Source: an uncultured Ruminococcus sp. (lineage in GTDB: Bacteria > Bacillota > Clostridia > Lachnospirales > Lachnospiraceae). Taken from it: a stretch of 64,000 bases of DNA. Position 1 is the stretch's first letter. Each line of letters begins with the position of its first letter. A model generated the notes under the pieces. It saw only the letters and a program-made list of their open reading frames with translations. It had not been told where the DNA came from and ran no database searches. The position numbers and the translations under genes were made by a program. Positions 56,347-63,784 of the stretch are shown here, one piece after another. Where the stretch lies: contig CAJFGR010000002.1 of assembly GCA_904377845.1 (NCBI GenBank), positions 11,555-75,554 of the forward strand, written 5' to 3'.

Positions 56347-57432
56347 TTATACCTCGCGGAGCCTGACTGCACCTGCAGCCTGTCTGCGCCGGTTCTCATC
56401 GATTGCCGCATAGTGTTTTTTGGTCGTGTTGACGTCTTTGTGCCCGAGAACATCCGCAACGAGGTAAATATCACCTGTCTCCTTATAGAGTGCCGTACCA
56501 TAAGTACTGCGCAGCTTATGGGGGGTGATTTTCTTATTCGGAGTCACCTCACGGGCGTATTTCTTGACCATATTCTCGACAGCCTGCACGCCCATACGTT
56601 TCCTTTGAGTAGAAAGAAAAAGAGCGTTCTCGTGGCCGGGGAGCGGGATAGTAGTTTTGCGTGTCGTATACATATAGGTTTTGAGGGCATTTTCGACCTC
56701 CTCACCGAAATAGACGACCATTTCATTTCCGCCTTTCCGAGTCACCTTAATCCCGTTATTTTTGAAATCGACATCCTGTATATCAAGTCCCACACATTCG
56801 GACACTCGGATACCTGTTCCGAGAAGAAGAGTCAGGATCGCCAGATCACGGTTTTTTGTCTTTTCGTAATATACTTTGCGCTGACCGGTAAGATTGTCAC
56901 CGCCGTGGTCCACATAATCAAGAAGCTTGGCCACCTCATCAGTATCGAGTCGGATGATGGCTTTGTCGTGAAGCTTCGGCATATCGACCAGTAAAGTCGG
57001 ATTCTTAGTGATTGCCTGTCTTTTATAGAAATAGCCGTAGAAACTTCTCAGGGCCGACATCTTGCGTGCAAGTCCTTTTTCCGTGTTCGTGATCTGTTTC
57101 TTTTCGTCGTTTTCATACACCTTAAGATATTCCTGATATTCCTCGATATCAACAGGCTCCAGACGTTCCAGATCCTGCAGCGTAAACTGATCGATCGTAT
57201 AATTTTTATATACCGGATTATTTTCCATTAAAAAATGAAAGAAAACACGGATATCATATGCATAGGAAATACGTGTCCTTGCCGACGTGGTCGGCTCGAT
57301 CGCACGAAAATAATCCTTTGCAAACGGCGGCAACGTCTTAAGGATTGATCTGAGACGCAGTGTATTGTCAATATATTTCTGTTCATGGTAAGTTTTTGTT
57401 GATGATGTTTCTGGTTTTTCTGTAGTTCCCAT
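56347..57432 (-). CDS. Tyrosine-type site-specific recombinase (XerC/XerD family)
   Basis: It has an N-terminal SAM-like core-binding domain and catalytic signature residues (GIRVSE, HKLRSTYGT, LGHKDVNTTKKHY). No phage or transposon genes flank it. Confidence 0.85.
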   Translation of the reverse strand: MGTTEKPETSSTKTYHEQKYIDNTLRLRSILKTLPPFAKDYFRAIEPTTSARTRISYAYDIRVFFHFLMENNPVYKNYTIDQFTLQDLERLEPVDIEEYQEYLKVYENDEKKQITNTEKGLARKMSALRSFYGYFYKRQAITKNPTLLVDMPKLHDKAIIRLDTDEVAKLLDYVDHGGDNLTGQRKVYYEKTKNRDLAILTLLLGTGIRVSECVGLDIQDVDFKNNGIKVTRKGGNEMVVYFGEEVENALKTYMYTTRKTTIPLPGHENALFLSTQRKRMGVQAVENMVKKYAREVTPNKKITPHKLRSTYGTALYKETGDIYLVADVLGHKDVNTTKKHYAAIDENRRRQAAGAVRLREV

Positions 57433-57574
57433 AATTATTTAACCTCTTATCATTGATAAACCCAAACTGATAAAATTAACCATTTATAGACTAATTATAG
57501 CTGAAACAAATCTTTTTGTCTATATCTTTTGGAAAAATCGGTATTTGTCGTATAGATAAAAGTGTGTGGATAAG

Positions 57575-57609
57575 AGGCCGGATCAGACTCTTCCGTACTG
57601 CTCCGGCCT
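57575..57609 (-). terminator. Hairpin between the LysM gene and the recombinase gene (possible partial terminator)
   Basis: AGGCCGGA-N19-TCCGGCCT forms an 8-bp GC-rich stem with a poor U-tract. A second AT-rich hairpin lies at 57629-57656, directly after the LysM stop. Confidence 0.35.
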
Positions 57610-57659
57610 TAAGTGGGTGTATAATATATATCAATACATAGGGATGTATATTGATACCA

Positions 57660-57998
57660 TCAATATAATACTGAATCATTATAGGCAATAATCAGATTCT
57701 GACCTGCCTGTATGTCATCTGAATCCAGGTTATTCATATCTTTGAGCACCTGTACATATTCAGCTACGGAATTATATTCATCTGTCATTGTGTCTTCAGC
57801 GATTGACCAAAGTGTATCCCCTGACTGGATTTCGATACTCTTGTAATATTTATATACAGTATCACCGGCAGATGCTTTTTCGTGTGCAGACACAAGAAAT
57901 GCACCGAATGATATGCAGATAACCATCATTAAAATTATACCTGTAAAAAGTCTTCTGAAACGCTTTTTAACGGAATTGCGTGATACTCTCTTTCTCAT
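57660..57998 (-). CDS. Membrane-anchored LysM-domain protein, YneA-like candidate SOS cell-division inhibitor
   Basis: It has an N-terminal basic region and a single TM segment, then a LysM domain (YKSIEIQSGDTLWSIAED...IQAGQNLIIAY). It is divergent from lexA with LexA boxes in between. Confidence 0.75.
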   Translation of the reverse strand: MRKRVSRNSVKKRFRRLFTGIILMMVICISFGAFLVSAHEKASAGDTVYKYYKSIEIQSGDTLWSIAEDTMTDEYNSVAEYVQVLKDMNNLDSDDIQAGQNLIIAYNDSVLY

Positions 57999-58087
57999 CT
58001 TGAAACCCCTTCTTCATCATTAGAAAATAATACTCATTTACCTCTTTTAACAATACAGATAAGAATGTATACAAGTATACTTTGAAT

Positions 58088-58101
58088 CGAACATTTATTC
58101 A
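58088..58101. promoter_or_regulatory. LexA (Cheo) box CGAACATTTATTCA
   Basis: It matches the Firmicute consensus CGAAC-N4-GTTCG at 10 of 14 positions counted against the idealised CGAACATATGTTCG (7 of the 10 conserved arm positions). It lies in the 5' UTR of the LysM gene. Confidence 0.6.
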
Positions 58102-58103
58102 TG

Positions 58104-58117
58104 CAAACAGCTGTTCT
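58104..58117. promoter_or_regulatory. Weak LexA-like box CAAACAGCTGTTCT
   Basis: It is a palindromic AAAC-AGCT-GTT core. The left arm is AAAC rather than GAAC. Confidence 0.35.
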
Positions 58118-58126
58118 ATATTTGAT

Positions 58127-58155
58127 ATTATATTGTACGAACATTTGTTTGTCAA
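58127..58155 (-). promoter_or_regulatory. Sigma-A promoter of the LysM gene (TTGACA, 17-nt spacer, TATAAT), overlapped by a LexA box
   Basis: On the minus strand, TTGACA is at 58155-58150 and TATAAT at 58132-58127. The box at 58138-58151 lies in the spacer and the -35. Confidence 0.75.
58138..58151. promoter_or_regulatory. LexA (Cheo) box CGAACATTTGTTTG
   Basis: It has the form CGAAC-N4-GTTTG and overlaps the -35 and spacer of the LysM-gene promoter. Confidence 0.7.
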
Positions 58156-58164
58156 TAGTAAAAT

Positions 58165-58178
58165 CGAACATATTTTCG
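58165..58178. promoter_or_regulatory. LexA (Cheo) box CGAACATATTTTCG
   Basis: It has the form CGAAC-ATAT-TTTCG and lies upstream of the lexA -10 element. Confidence 0.65.
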
Positions 58179-58192
58179 CAACAAATGTTTGC
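58179..58192. promoter_or_regulatory. Weak LexA-like box CAACAAATGTTTGC
   Basis: The reverse complement GCAAACATTTGTTG resembles the 58138 box. It lies where the lexA -35 should be. Confidence 0.4.
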
Positions 58193-58214
58193 TTTTTCGG
58201 ATTTGCTGTGGTAG

Positions 58215-58220
58215 TATAAT
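58215..58220 (+). promoter_or_regulatory. -10 element (TATAAT) of the lexA promoter
   Basis: A consensus TATAAT lies 27 nt upstream of the lexA ATG. The -35 is poor and overlapped by LexA-like boxes. Confidence 0.5.
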
Positions 58221-58246
58221 AGGTAGTAAAATTATCGGAGGAAGTT

Positions 58247-58864
58247 ATGGCTAAGGGAAAGATAAGCAAAAAACAGCAGGAAATATTAGAATATATCAAG
58301 ATGCAGATTCTGCAGAGAGGATTTCCGCCGGCAGTCCGTGAGATATGTGAGGCAGTCAATCTTAAATCCACTTCTTCTGTCCACTCCCACCTTGAGACTC
58401 TTGAGAAGAACGGATATATAAGAAGGGATCCCACGAAACCAAGAGCAATCGAAATCCTGGATGACAATTTCAATCTTACGAGACGTGAGATGGTTAATGT
58501 TCCGATTGTAGGTCAGGTAGCTGCGGGTCAGCCGATCCTGGCTCAGGAGAATATCGAGGACTACTTCCCCATTCCGATCGAACATATGCCGAATAAACAG
58601 ACATTCATGTTGAAAGTAAAAGGCGAAAGCATGATTAATGCCGGAATCCTTGACGGAGATATGGTACTTGTTGAGGAAGACAGCACCGCTTCCAACGGGG
58701 ATATGGTCGTTGCGCTTGTAGATGACAGCGCGACTGTAAAGACTTTCTATAAGGAGGAAGGCGTTTACCGCCTCCAGCCTGAAAATGATTTTATGGATCC
58801 GATCATTGTGAAGGAAGTTTCTATTCTCGGCAAAGTAATCGGAGTGATCAGACTTTTCAAATAG
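58247..58864 (+). CDS. lexA: LexA repressor (SOS regulator, S24 self-cleaving)
   Basis: It has a winged-helix N-terminal domain ([28 protein letters not shown]), an AAG cleavage site (VAAGQP) and an S24 domain with the Ser of VKGESM and a Lys (ATVKTF). Confidence 0.96.
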   Translation: MAKGKISKKQQEILEYIKMQILQRGFPPAVREICEAVNLKSTSSVHSHLETLEKNGYIRRDPTKPRAIEILDDNFNLTRREMVNVPIVGQVAAGQPILAQENIEDYFPIPIEHMPNKQTFMLKVKGESMINAGILDGDMVLVEEDSTASNGDMVVALVDDSATVKTFYKEEGVYRLQPENDFMDPIIVKEVSILGKVIGVIRLFK

Positions 58865-58879
58865 GCAATTTCGAATATT

Positions 58880-58923
58880 AAAACAGCAGCCTGTAGAATT
58901 TTTAAACTACAGGCTGCTGTTTT
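58880..58923. terminator. Bidirectional terminator between lexA and rsfS
   Basis: AAAACAGCAGCCTGTAG-N10-CTACAGGCTGCTGTTTT forms a 17-bp stem with A/T runs on both sides. Confidence 0.85.
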
Positions 58924-58953
58924 ATGCCTTTTTATGTGTTTCAATATGAGGGG

Positions 58954-59310
58954 CTATTCAGAAAGTTCTTCAACTGTGATGTCCTTTCCGTCTTTCCAGA
59001 TCCTTTCCAGATCGTAAAACAGACGATTATCTTTGTCAAATACGTGGACGATGATATCCCCGAAATCGAGCAGGATCCAGCTTGAATTTGCACGCCCCTC
59101 CCTCTGCTTGAGATGATAGCCTGCTTTGTGCAGCTCTTCCTCCACATTGTCGACCAGGGCATTTACCTGACTGTCGCTGTTTCCGTTTGCGATGATGAAG
59201 TAATCAGCGAGTACAGAGACTCCGGTGATATCGATAATCTTGATATCTTCGCCTTTTTTGTCGCTGAGGGCATCATATGCGATGCGTGCCATCTCTTTTG
59301 ACTGGTTCAT
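58954..59310 (-). CDS. rsfS: Ribosomal silencing factor RsfS (iojap-like)
   Basis: It has the motifs KKGEDIKIIDITGVSVLADYFIIANG and WILLDFGDIIVHVF. Confidence 0.93.
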   Translation of the reverse strand: MNQSKEMARIAYDALSDKKGEDIKIIDITGVSVLADYFIIANGNSDSQVNALVDNVEEELHKAGYHLKQREGRANSSWILLDFGDIIVHVFDKDNRLFYDLERIWKDGKDITVEELSE

Positions 59311-59369
59311 TTCATGCCTCCTTTTATTTACTGTTATGATTTATAGATTGTTCATATTATATGATTATT

Positions 59370-59936
59370 CTATTTTTTGTAATAATCGCAGGTGCTTACT
59401 GTCATGGGGTCCACTGCTTTCCCGCCGTCGTCCAGATAACGGACGGTATTTTTTGCAGAGAGATAGACAGCCTGGTCAATATCCTGAAATACAATGCTGC
59501 GGATTTCCTCCAGTCCGGGGATGATCCTTCGATTTGGTTCAATATAATCCGCAATATAAATGATCTTTTCGAGCAGTGTCATGCCAGGCCTTCCGGTTGT
59601 ATGCCAGGTGATCGCATCAAGGATCTCCTGGTCTTTGACTTTATATTTATGACGGGCAAGGTATGCACCCAGTTTTGCATGGACAAGTGCAGGCATCTCC
59701 AATTCGGATTCTGTAAGCTGAATATCATATTTCCTGCACAGTTTAATCTGCTCTTTTGCAGAACAGTATTTGCCGCAGTCATGCAGAAGCCCTGCTGTCA
59801 GTGCTTTCTGGATATCTGCTCCATAGCACATTGCAAGTGAAGCTGCTGTGTACATGACACCAATCGTGTGCTCAAAGCGTTCCTTTTTCAGTTTTTCAGC
59901 CAGATCTTTACGGATCTCGAGAAGCTCTTCTGTCAT
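59370..59936 (-). CDS. yqeK: HD-domain bis(5'-nucleosyl)-tetraphosphatase YqeK
   Basis: It has an HD motif (GLLHDCGK) and sits in the conserved nadD-yqeK-rsfS order. Confidence 0.88.
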   Translation of the reverse strand: MTEELLEIRKDLAEKLKKERFEHTIGVMYTAASLAMCYGADIQKALTAGLLHDCGKYCSAKEQIKLCRKYDIQLTESELEMPALVHAKLGAYLARHKYKVKDQEILDAITWHTTGRPGMTLLEKIIYIADYIEPNRRIIPGLEEIRSIVFQDIDQAVYLSAKNTVRYLDDGGKAVDPMTVSTCDYYKK

Positions 59937-59953
59937 AACTGTCAGATTCTCCT

Positions 59954-60577
59954 TTATTCTGATTTTATCTTATAGAGAGCGTTGCTATGGATATATTCTG
60001 ATACGGCATCCGGCACCATATAGCGGATGCTCAGGCCTTTTTCTGCTCTCCTGCGTATTGTTGTTGAAGAAATCTCCACAAGAGGCGCCTGCAGAAGCCG
60101 GATATCCGCTCTGTATTTTTCGTTCAGATACCGGATTTGGGCCTGCATACTCTCCGTGTCTTTGTCGTCCCGCATTGCTGCAAGAATGGTACAGGATGGA
60201 AAGATCTCGCGGAAGTTTTTCCACTGCTCGATGGAAAACAGCGAGTCCGCACCGAGTATGAAATAGAATTTATGCTCCGGATATAATTCACGCAGTGCTT
60301 TCATCGTACTGTAAGTGTACGAATGTTTTTTTGCCGTTGCCTCATAGAGGTTCAGGCGGAAATAAGGCACGTCGTCCGTTGCCAGCCTTACCATCTCAAT
60401 GCGGTCGTCCAGAGATACCCCACTCTCATCTGTCGTCTTATGAGGCGGATTCCCGTTGGGGAGAAACCATATTTCATCCAGATGGAAATTTTCGTAGGCA
60501 AATTCTCCGAGAAGAAGGTGTCCGATGTGGATCGGGTCAAACGTACCGCCCATGATTCCTATTTTCATATGATTCAC
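59954..60577 (-). CDS. nadD: Nicotinate-nucleotide adenylyltransferase
   Basis: It has the GIMGGTFDPIHIGHL (T/H)xGH motif and ISSTTIR. Confidence 0.94.
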   Translation of the reverse strand: MNHMKIGIMGGTFDPIHIGHLLLGEFAYENFHLDEIWFLPNGNPPHKTTDESGVSLDDRIEMVRLATDDVPYFRLNLYEATAKKHSYTYSTMKALRELYPEHKFYFILGADSLFSIEQWKNFREIFPSCTILAAMRDDKDTESMQAQIRYLNEKYRADIRLLQAPLVEISSTTIRRRAEKGLSIRYMVPDAVSEYIHSNALYKIKSE

Positions 60578-60585
60578 CCTGCATC

Positions 60586-60879
60586 CTACTGCGGAAGGAC
60601 GATCTTCTTCTTATCGTCTTTTCCTTCACGGTAAAGCACGATCTTCTTGCCGATGACCTGCACGATCTGTGAGCGGGTACGCTCGGCAATGATCTCAGCC
60701 AGTTCACGGGGATCGTCAGCGCAGTTCTTAAGGACGCTGATCTTGATCAGCTCCCGTGCAGCAAGTGCCTCTGAGATTGCTTCTGTGAGCCCGGGTGTCA
60801 TACTGGATTTTCCGACCTGGAAGATCGGTTCCATTTTCATGGCAAGGCTTTTTAAATAAGCTCTCTGTTTTGTTGTCAT
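60586..60879 (-). CDS. yhbY: CRM-domain RNA-binding protein YhbY (YqeI)
   Basis: It has QRAYLKSLAMKMEPIFQVGK and the KISVL motif, and is 97 aa. Confidence 0.9.
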   Translation of the reverse strand: MTTKQRAYLKSLAMKMEPIFQVGKSSMTPGLTEAISEALAARELIKISVLKNCADDPRELAEIIAERTRSQIVQVIGKKIVLYREGKDDKKKIVLPQ

Positions 60880-60938
60880 CGTTCTCTCCTTTTTTATCTG
60901 TGATAACTGTTATGAGTTTTATTATTCGGGCTTCCGGA

Positions 60939-62222
60939 TTATTTATAATAATCAAACTGAAGTCCGTACATCCTGACTGTGTCGCCTTCCTGGATGCCTT
61001 TCGCCTCCAGTTCATCGAGAATGCCGGTCTCTTTTAAGAATTTCTGGAAGAATGCAAAGCCTTTCTCTGAATCCAGATTTGTATAACCGAGCATTTTCTC
61101 GATCTTCGGTCCCTCCACAACATATATGCCATCTTCTACTTCCACTGTATAAGGAAGCTCTTCATAGATCAGCTCGTCCTCCGGGAAATACTCCTGCTCA
61201 AATACAACAGGGGTGCGATCCATGGTATCAAGCTCTGAGCTTACATAATAGAGAAGCTCGGATACTCCCTTTCCTGTTGCACCGGAGATCGGAAATACAC
61301 GGATTCCTTTCGGTTCGAATTCCTGTTTCAGGCGTTCTACGGGATCTTCCTCCGGATCATAGATCAGATCTGTCTTATTGGCTGCGATCACCTGTGGCCG
61401 TTTTGCAATATCCGGATTATAAGCCTCAAGTTCTGCATTGATCTTATAGATATCATCAATTGGATCACGGCCTTCTGTTCCTGCAGCATCTACCACATGG
61501 ATCATAAGTTTTGTGCGCTCGATATGGCGCAGAAACTCATGGCCAAGTCCGACTCCCTCGGAAGCGCCTTCGATAAGTCCGGGGATATCTGCCATGACAA
61601 ACCCCTTCGCGCCGTCCAGATCCACGACACCGAGGTTTGGGCTCAGTGTAGTAAAGTGGTAGTTGGCGATCTTCGGCTCTGCGTTTGTCACTCTGGAAAG
61701 GAGGGTGGATTTCCCCACATTCGGGAAACCGATCAGTCCGACGTCGGCGATTACTTTGAGTTCAAGGTTGACCTCAAGTTCACGTGCCGGCTGTCCGGGC
61801 TGCGCGTATTTCGGCACCTGCATGGTTGCGGTTGCAAAGTGCTGATTGCCAAGACCGCCTTTTCCGCCTTTTAATACAACCTGACGACGGTTCTCTCCCG
61901 ACATATCCGCAATGACTTTTCCCGAGACCGCCTCTTTAATGACGGTGCCTTCCGGTACATACAGCACGAGATCCTTTCCATCTTTGCCGTGGCATCTGCG
62001 CTTCCCGCCGGGCTCACCGTCTCCGGCCGCGTATTTGCGTCTGTGGCGGTAGTCAGACAGTGTATTAAGTCCTTCGTCTACTTCAAAGATCAGATCACCG
62101 CCCCGGCCGCCGTCACCGCCGTCCGGTCCGCCGTTGGGCACGTAGAGTTCTCTCCGGAAGCTGCAGTGCCCGTCACCGCCCTTGCCGGATCTGATATATA
62201 TTTTAGCTCTGTCAGCGAACAT
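60939..62222 (-). CDS. obg: GTPase Obg/CgtA
   Basis: It has a Gly-rich Obg fold (GGDGGRGGD), a G domain (GFPNVGKST, DIPGLIEGA, NKTD) and a C-terminal OCT/TGS-like domain. Confidence 0.96.
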   Translation of the reverse strand: MFADRAKIYIRSGKGGDGHCSFRRELYVPNGGPDGGDGGRGGDLIFEVDEGLNTLSDYRHRRKYAAGDGEPGGKRRCHGKDGKDLVLYVPEGTVIKEAVSGKVIADMSGENRRQVVLKGGKGGLGNQHFATATMQVPKYAQPGQPARELEVNLELKVIADVGLIGFPNVGKSTLLSRVTNAEPKIANYHFTTLSPNLGVVDLDGAKGFVMADIPGLIEGASEGVGLGHEFLRHIERTKLMIHVVDAAGTEGRDPIDDIYKINAELEAYNPDIAKRPQVIAANKTDLIYDPEEDPVERLKQEFEPKGIRVFPISGATGKGVSELLYYVSSELDTMDRTPVVFEQEYFPEDELIYEELPYTVEVEDGIYVVEGPKIEKMLGYTNLDSEKGFAFFQKFLKETGILDELEAKGIQEGDTVRMYGLQFDYYK

Positions 62223-62250
62223 AACGTCTCCTTTTCTCTGATAATGTGAT

Positions 62251-62279
62251 AAAAGCCCCAGACTGTAAATGTCTGGGGC
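62251..62279 (-). terminator. Rho-independent terminator after rpmA (upstream of obg)
   Basis: On the minus strand, GCCCCAGAC-attta ca-GTCTGGGGC is followed by TTTT. Confidence 0.75.
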
Positions 62280-62288
62280 CTGACTGTT

Positions 62289-62573
62289 TTACTCAGCTAC
62301 CGGATAGATAGAAACCTGTTTCTTATCTCTTCCTTTTCTCTCGTATCTTACAACACCGTCTACCAGTGCAAACAGAGTGTCATCTCCGCCGCGTCCTACG
62401 TTCACACCCGGGTGAATCTTTGTTCCGCGCTGTCTGTAGAGAATGTTTCCGGCTTTTACAAACTGTCCGTCAGCTCTCTTCGCACCCAGTCTCTTAGCCT
62501 CTGAGTCACGTCCGTTTTTTGTAGAACCAACTCCCTTTTTATGAGCAAAAAACTGAAGATTCATTTTCATCAT
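62289..62573 (-). CDS. rpmA: 50S ribosomal protein L27 with cleavable N-terminal propeptide
   Basis: The N-terminus [24 protein letters not shown] carries the Firmicute L27 pro-sequence, which is cleaved after FF by Prp. Confidence 0.96.
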   Translation of the reverse strand: MMKMNLQFFAHKKGVGSTKNGRDSEAKRLGAKRADGQFVKAGNILYRQRGTKIHPGVNVGRGGDDTLFALVDGVVRYERKGRDKKQVSIYPVAE

Positions 62574-62578
62574 GGTTC

Positions 62579-62911
62579 TTACACCTCCTTGAAAATAATG
62601 TCAATGTATGGTTCGTATTCGTTGCTGTCCTCTATCTGTTCCAGACCGAGAACCATGGAATCCAGCAATAGTGAGGCATCATGCGAGGGGATCTGTCCGA
62701 AACGGAACTCGATCGCACCCGACTCTTCATCAGAAACACAGTTTGTCTTGTCATCCGTAAATTTATCGATCGAATTGATCGTATTGATCACGATGGCGGA
62801 AACAGCCGCGCATACGATATCGCTTCCGGATTCAGAGTATTCTGCGTGTCCTGAAATATCAAAGCCTGCATATTCATGCCTGTCGTTCTTATAAATGGTC
62901 GCCTTTATCAT
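62579..62911 (-). CDS. prp: Ribosomal-processing cysteine protease Prp (YsxB)
   Basis: It has the GHAEY...[11 protein letters not shown] motif with the catalytic His/Cys pair. It lies between rplU and rpmA. Confidence 0.92.
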   Translation of the reverse strand: MIKATIYKNDRHEYAGFDISGHAEYSESGSDIVCAAVSAIVINTINSIDKFTDDKTNCVSDEESGAIEFRFGQIPSHDASLLLDSMVLGLEQIEDSNEYEPYIDIIFKEV

Positions 62912-62919
62912 AGGAATGA

Positions 62920-63228
62920 TTAAGCGTTGATCTTGTCGATCTTAACAGCTGTGTACTGCTGTCTGTGACCATTTTTCTTATGATAGCCGGTTTTTCTCTT
63001 GTACTTGTAAACGACAACTTTCTTCGCTTTTCCGTCGCCGATTACAGAAGCTGTAACTGTTGCACCTTCAACAGTAGGATTACCAACGACCAGCTTGTCA
63101 TTATTAACAGCGAGAACCTGGTCAAATGTATAAGTCTCTCCGGCATCTACACCAAGTTTCTCTACTTTAATGATATCGCCTTCAGCTACTTTGTACTGTT
63201 TACCACCTGTTGCTATAATCGCGTACAT
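62920..63228 (-). CDS. rplU: 50S ribosomal protein L21
   Basis: The sequence reads [25 protein letters not shown]...[10 protein letters not shown]. Confidence 0.96.
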   Translation of the reverse strand: MYAIIATGGKQYKVAEGDIIKVEKLGVDAGETYTFDQVLAVNNDKLVVGNPTVEGATVTASVIGDGKAKKVVVYKYKRKTGYHKKNGHRQQYTAVKIDKINA

Positions 63229-63317
63229 ATGGCACCTCCTATAAACATTACTCGCCAGCTTCGGTGTCTGCAGCTGTTGCAGAACTTATAAAACCTCGCT
63301 GTGCGGCATACTAGTGT
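63229..63317 (-). ncRNA. Candidate L21 ribosomal-protein leader (5' UTR of rplU-prp-rpmA)
   Basis: It is a structured UTR of about 85 nt between a good promoter and rplU. This is the position occupied by the L21 leader described for Firmicutes. I did not verify the fold. Confidence 0.4.
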
Positions 63318-63347
63318 AGTATAGCATATGAATTTTTATCCAGTCAA
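63318..63347 (-). promoter_or_regulatory. Sigma-A promoter of the rplU operon (TTGACT, 18-nt spacer, TGcTATACT)
   Basis: On the minus strand, TTGACT is at 63347-63342 and TATACT at 63323-63318, with a TG extension. Confidence 0.6.
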
Positions 63348-63763
63348 TACTTTTCCGGCAAATTTTTCAGTTTTTCGTAACAATATTCAATAATACTGCG
63401 CCGGGTCACGATACCGATAAACTTCTTCTGATCGTCTACTACCGGTACAAAGTTCTGATCCATGGATTTACGGATCAGGTCTTCCATATCAGAGTCTATG
63501 GAAACCGGCTCATAATCTGCTTTTCTCGGAAAATCCTGGATGAATATATTCTCGGCTTCTTTCAGATTCAAATTTGTATAGCGCTTGATTCCCCAGAGAA
63601 GGTCGCCCTCCGTAATCGTTCCGACATACTCTCCTGCCTTGTTCAACATGGGAATGGAAGCATATTTGTGATATTCCATTGTCTCGAGCACCTGACGCAG
63701 AGTGCCGTAGTCATAAACATAGGCAACTTCGCTTTTCGGTTTTAAAAAGAACAGGATATTCAT
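63344..63763 (-). CDS. CBS-domain pair protein
   Basis: It has two CBS repeats (IPMLNKAGEYVGTITEGDLL and VPVVDDQKKFIGIVTRRSII) and is 139 aa. Confidence 0.85.
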   Translation of the reverse strand: MNILFFLKPKSEVAYVYDYGTLRQVLETMEYHKYASIPMLNKAGEYVGTITEGDLLWGIKRYTNLNLKEAENIFIQDFPRKADYEPVSIDSDMEDLIRKSMDQNFVPVVDDQKKFIGIVTRRSIIEYCYEKLKNLPEKY

Positions 63764-63784
63764 TTTAAAAGTTTCCCGCCTTTC

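Noticed and set aside
56317-56994. A 225-aa plus-strand ORF overlaps the recombinase gene.
   Set aside because: It is antisense to a well-supported tyrosine recombinase CDS. It has no SD, and its composition is typical of shadow ORFs.
57614-57641. A second dif-like candidate, TGGGTGTATAA-TATATA-TCAATACATAG. Its left arm matches 7 of 11 positions of the E. coli XerC arm, and its TATATA centre is identical to that of B. subtilis dif.
   Set aside because: The right arm has no TTATG-type XerD half-site. The sequence is better explained as part of the AT-rich hairpin 57629-57656 that follows the LysM gene stop.
56240-57659. The recombinase as the integrase of an integrated mobile element or an inverton.
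   Set aside because: I found no flanking direct or inverted repeats of att/IR type, no tRNA target and no phage, plasmid or transposon cargo. The neighbours are housekeeping genes. The only inverted repeats nearby have 4-19-nt loops, making them hairpins rather than invertible segments.
57491-57688. A 65-aa ORF in the LysM-recombinase intergenic region.
   Set aside because: It has no SD, overlaps the LysM gene 3' end and both hairpins, and is Ile/Pro/Tyr-rich low-complexity sequence typical of AT-rich non-coding DNA.
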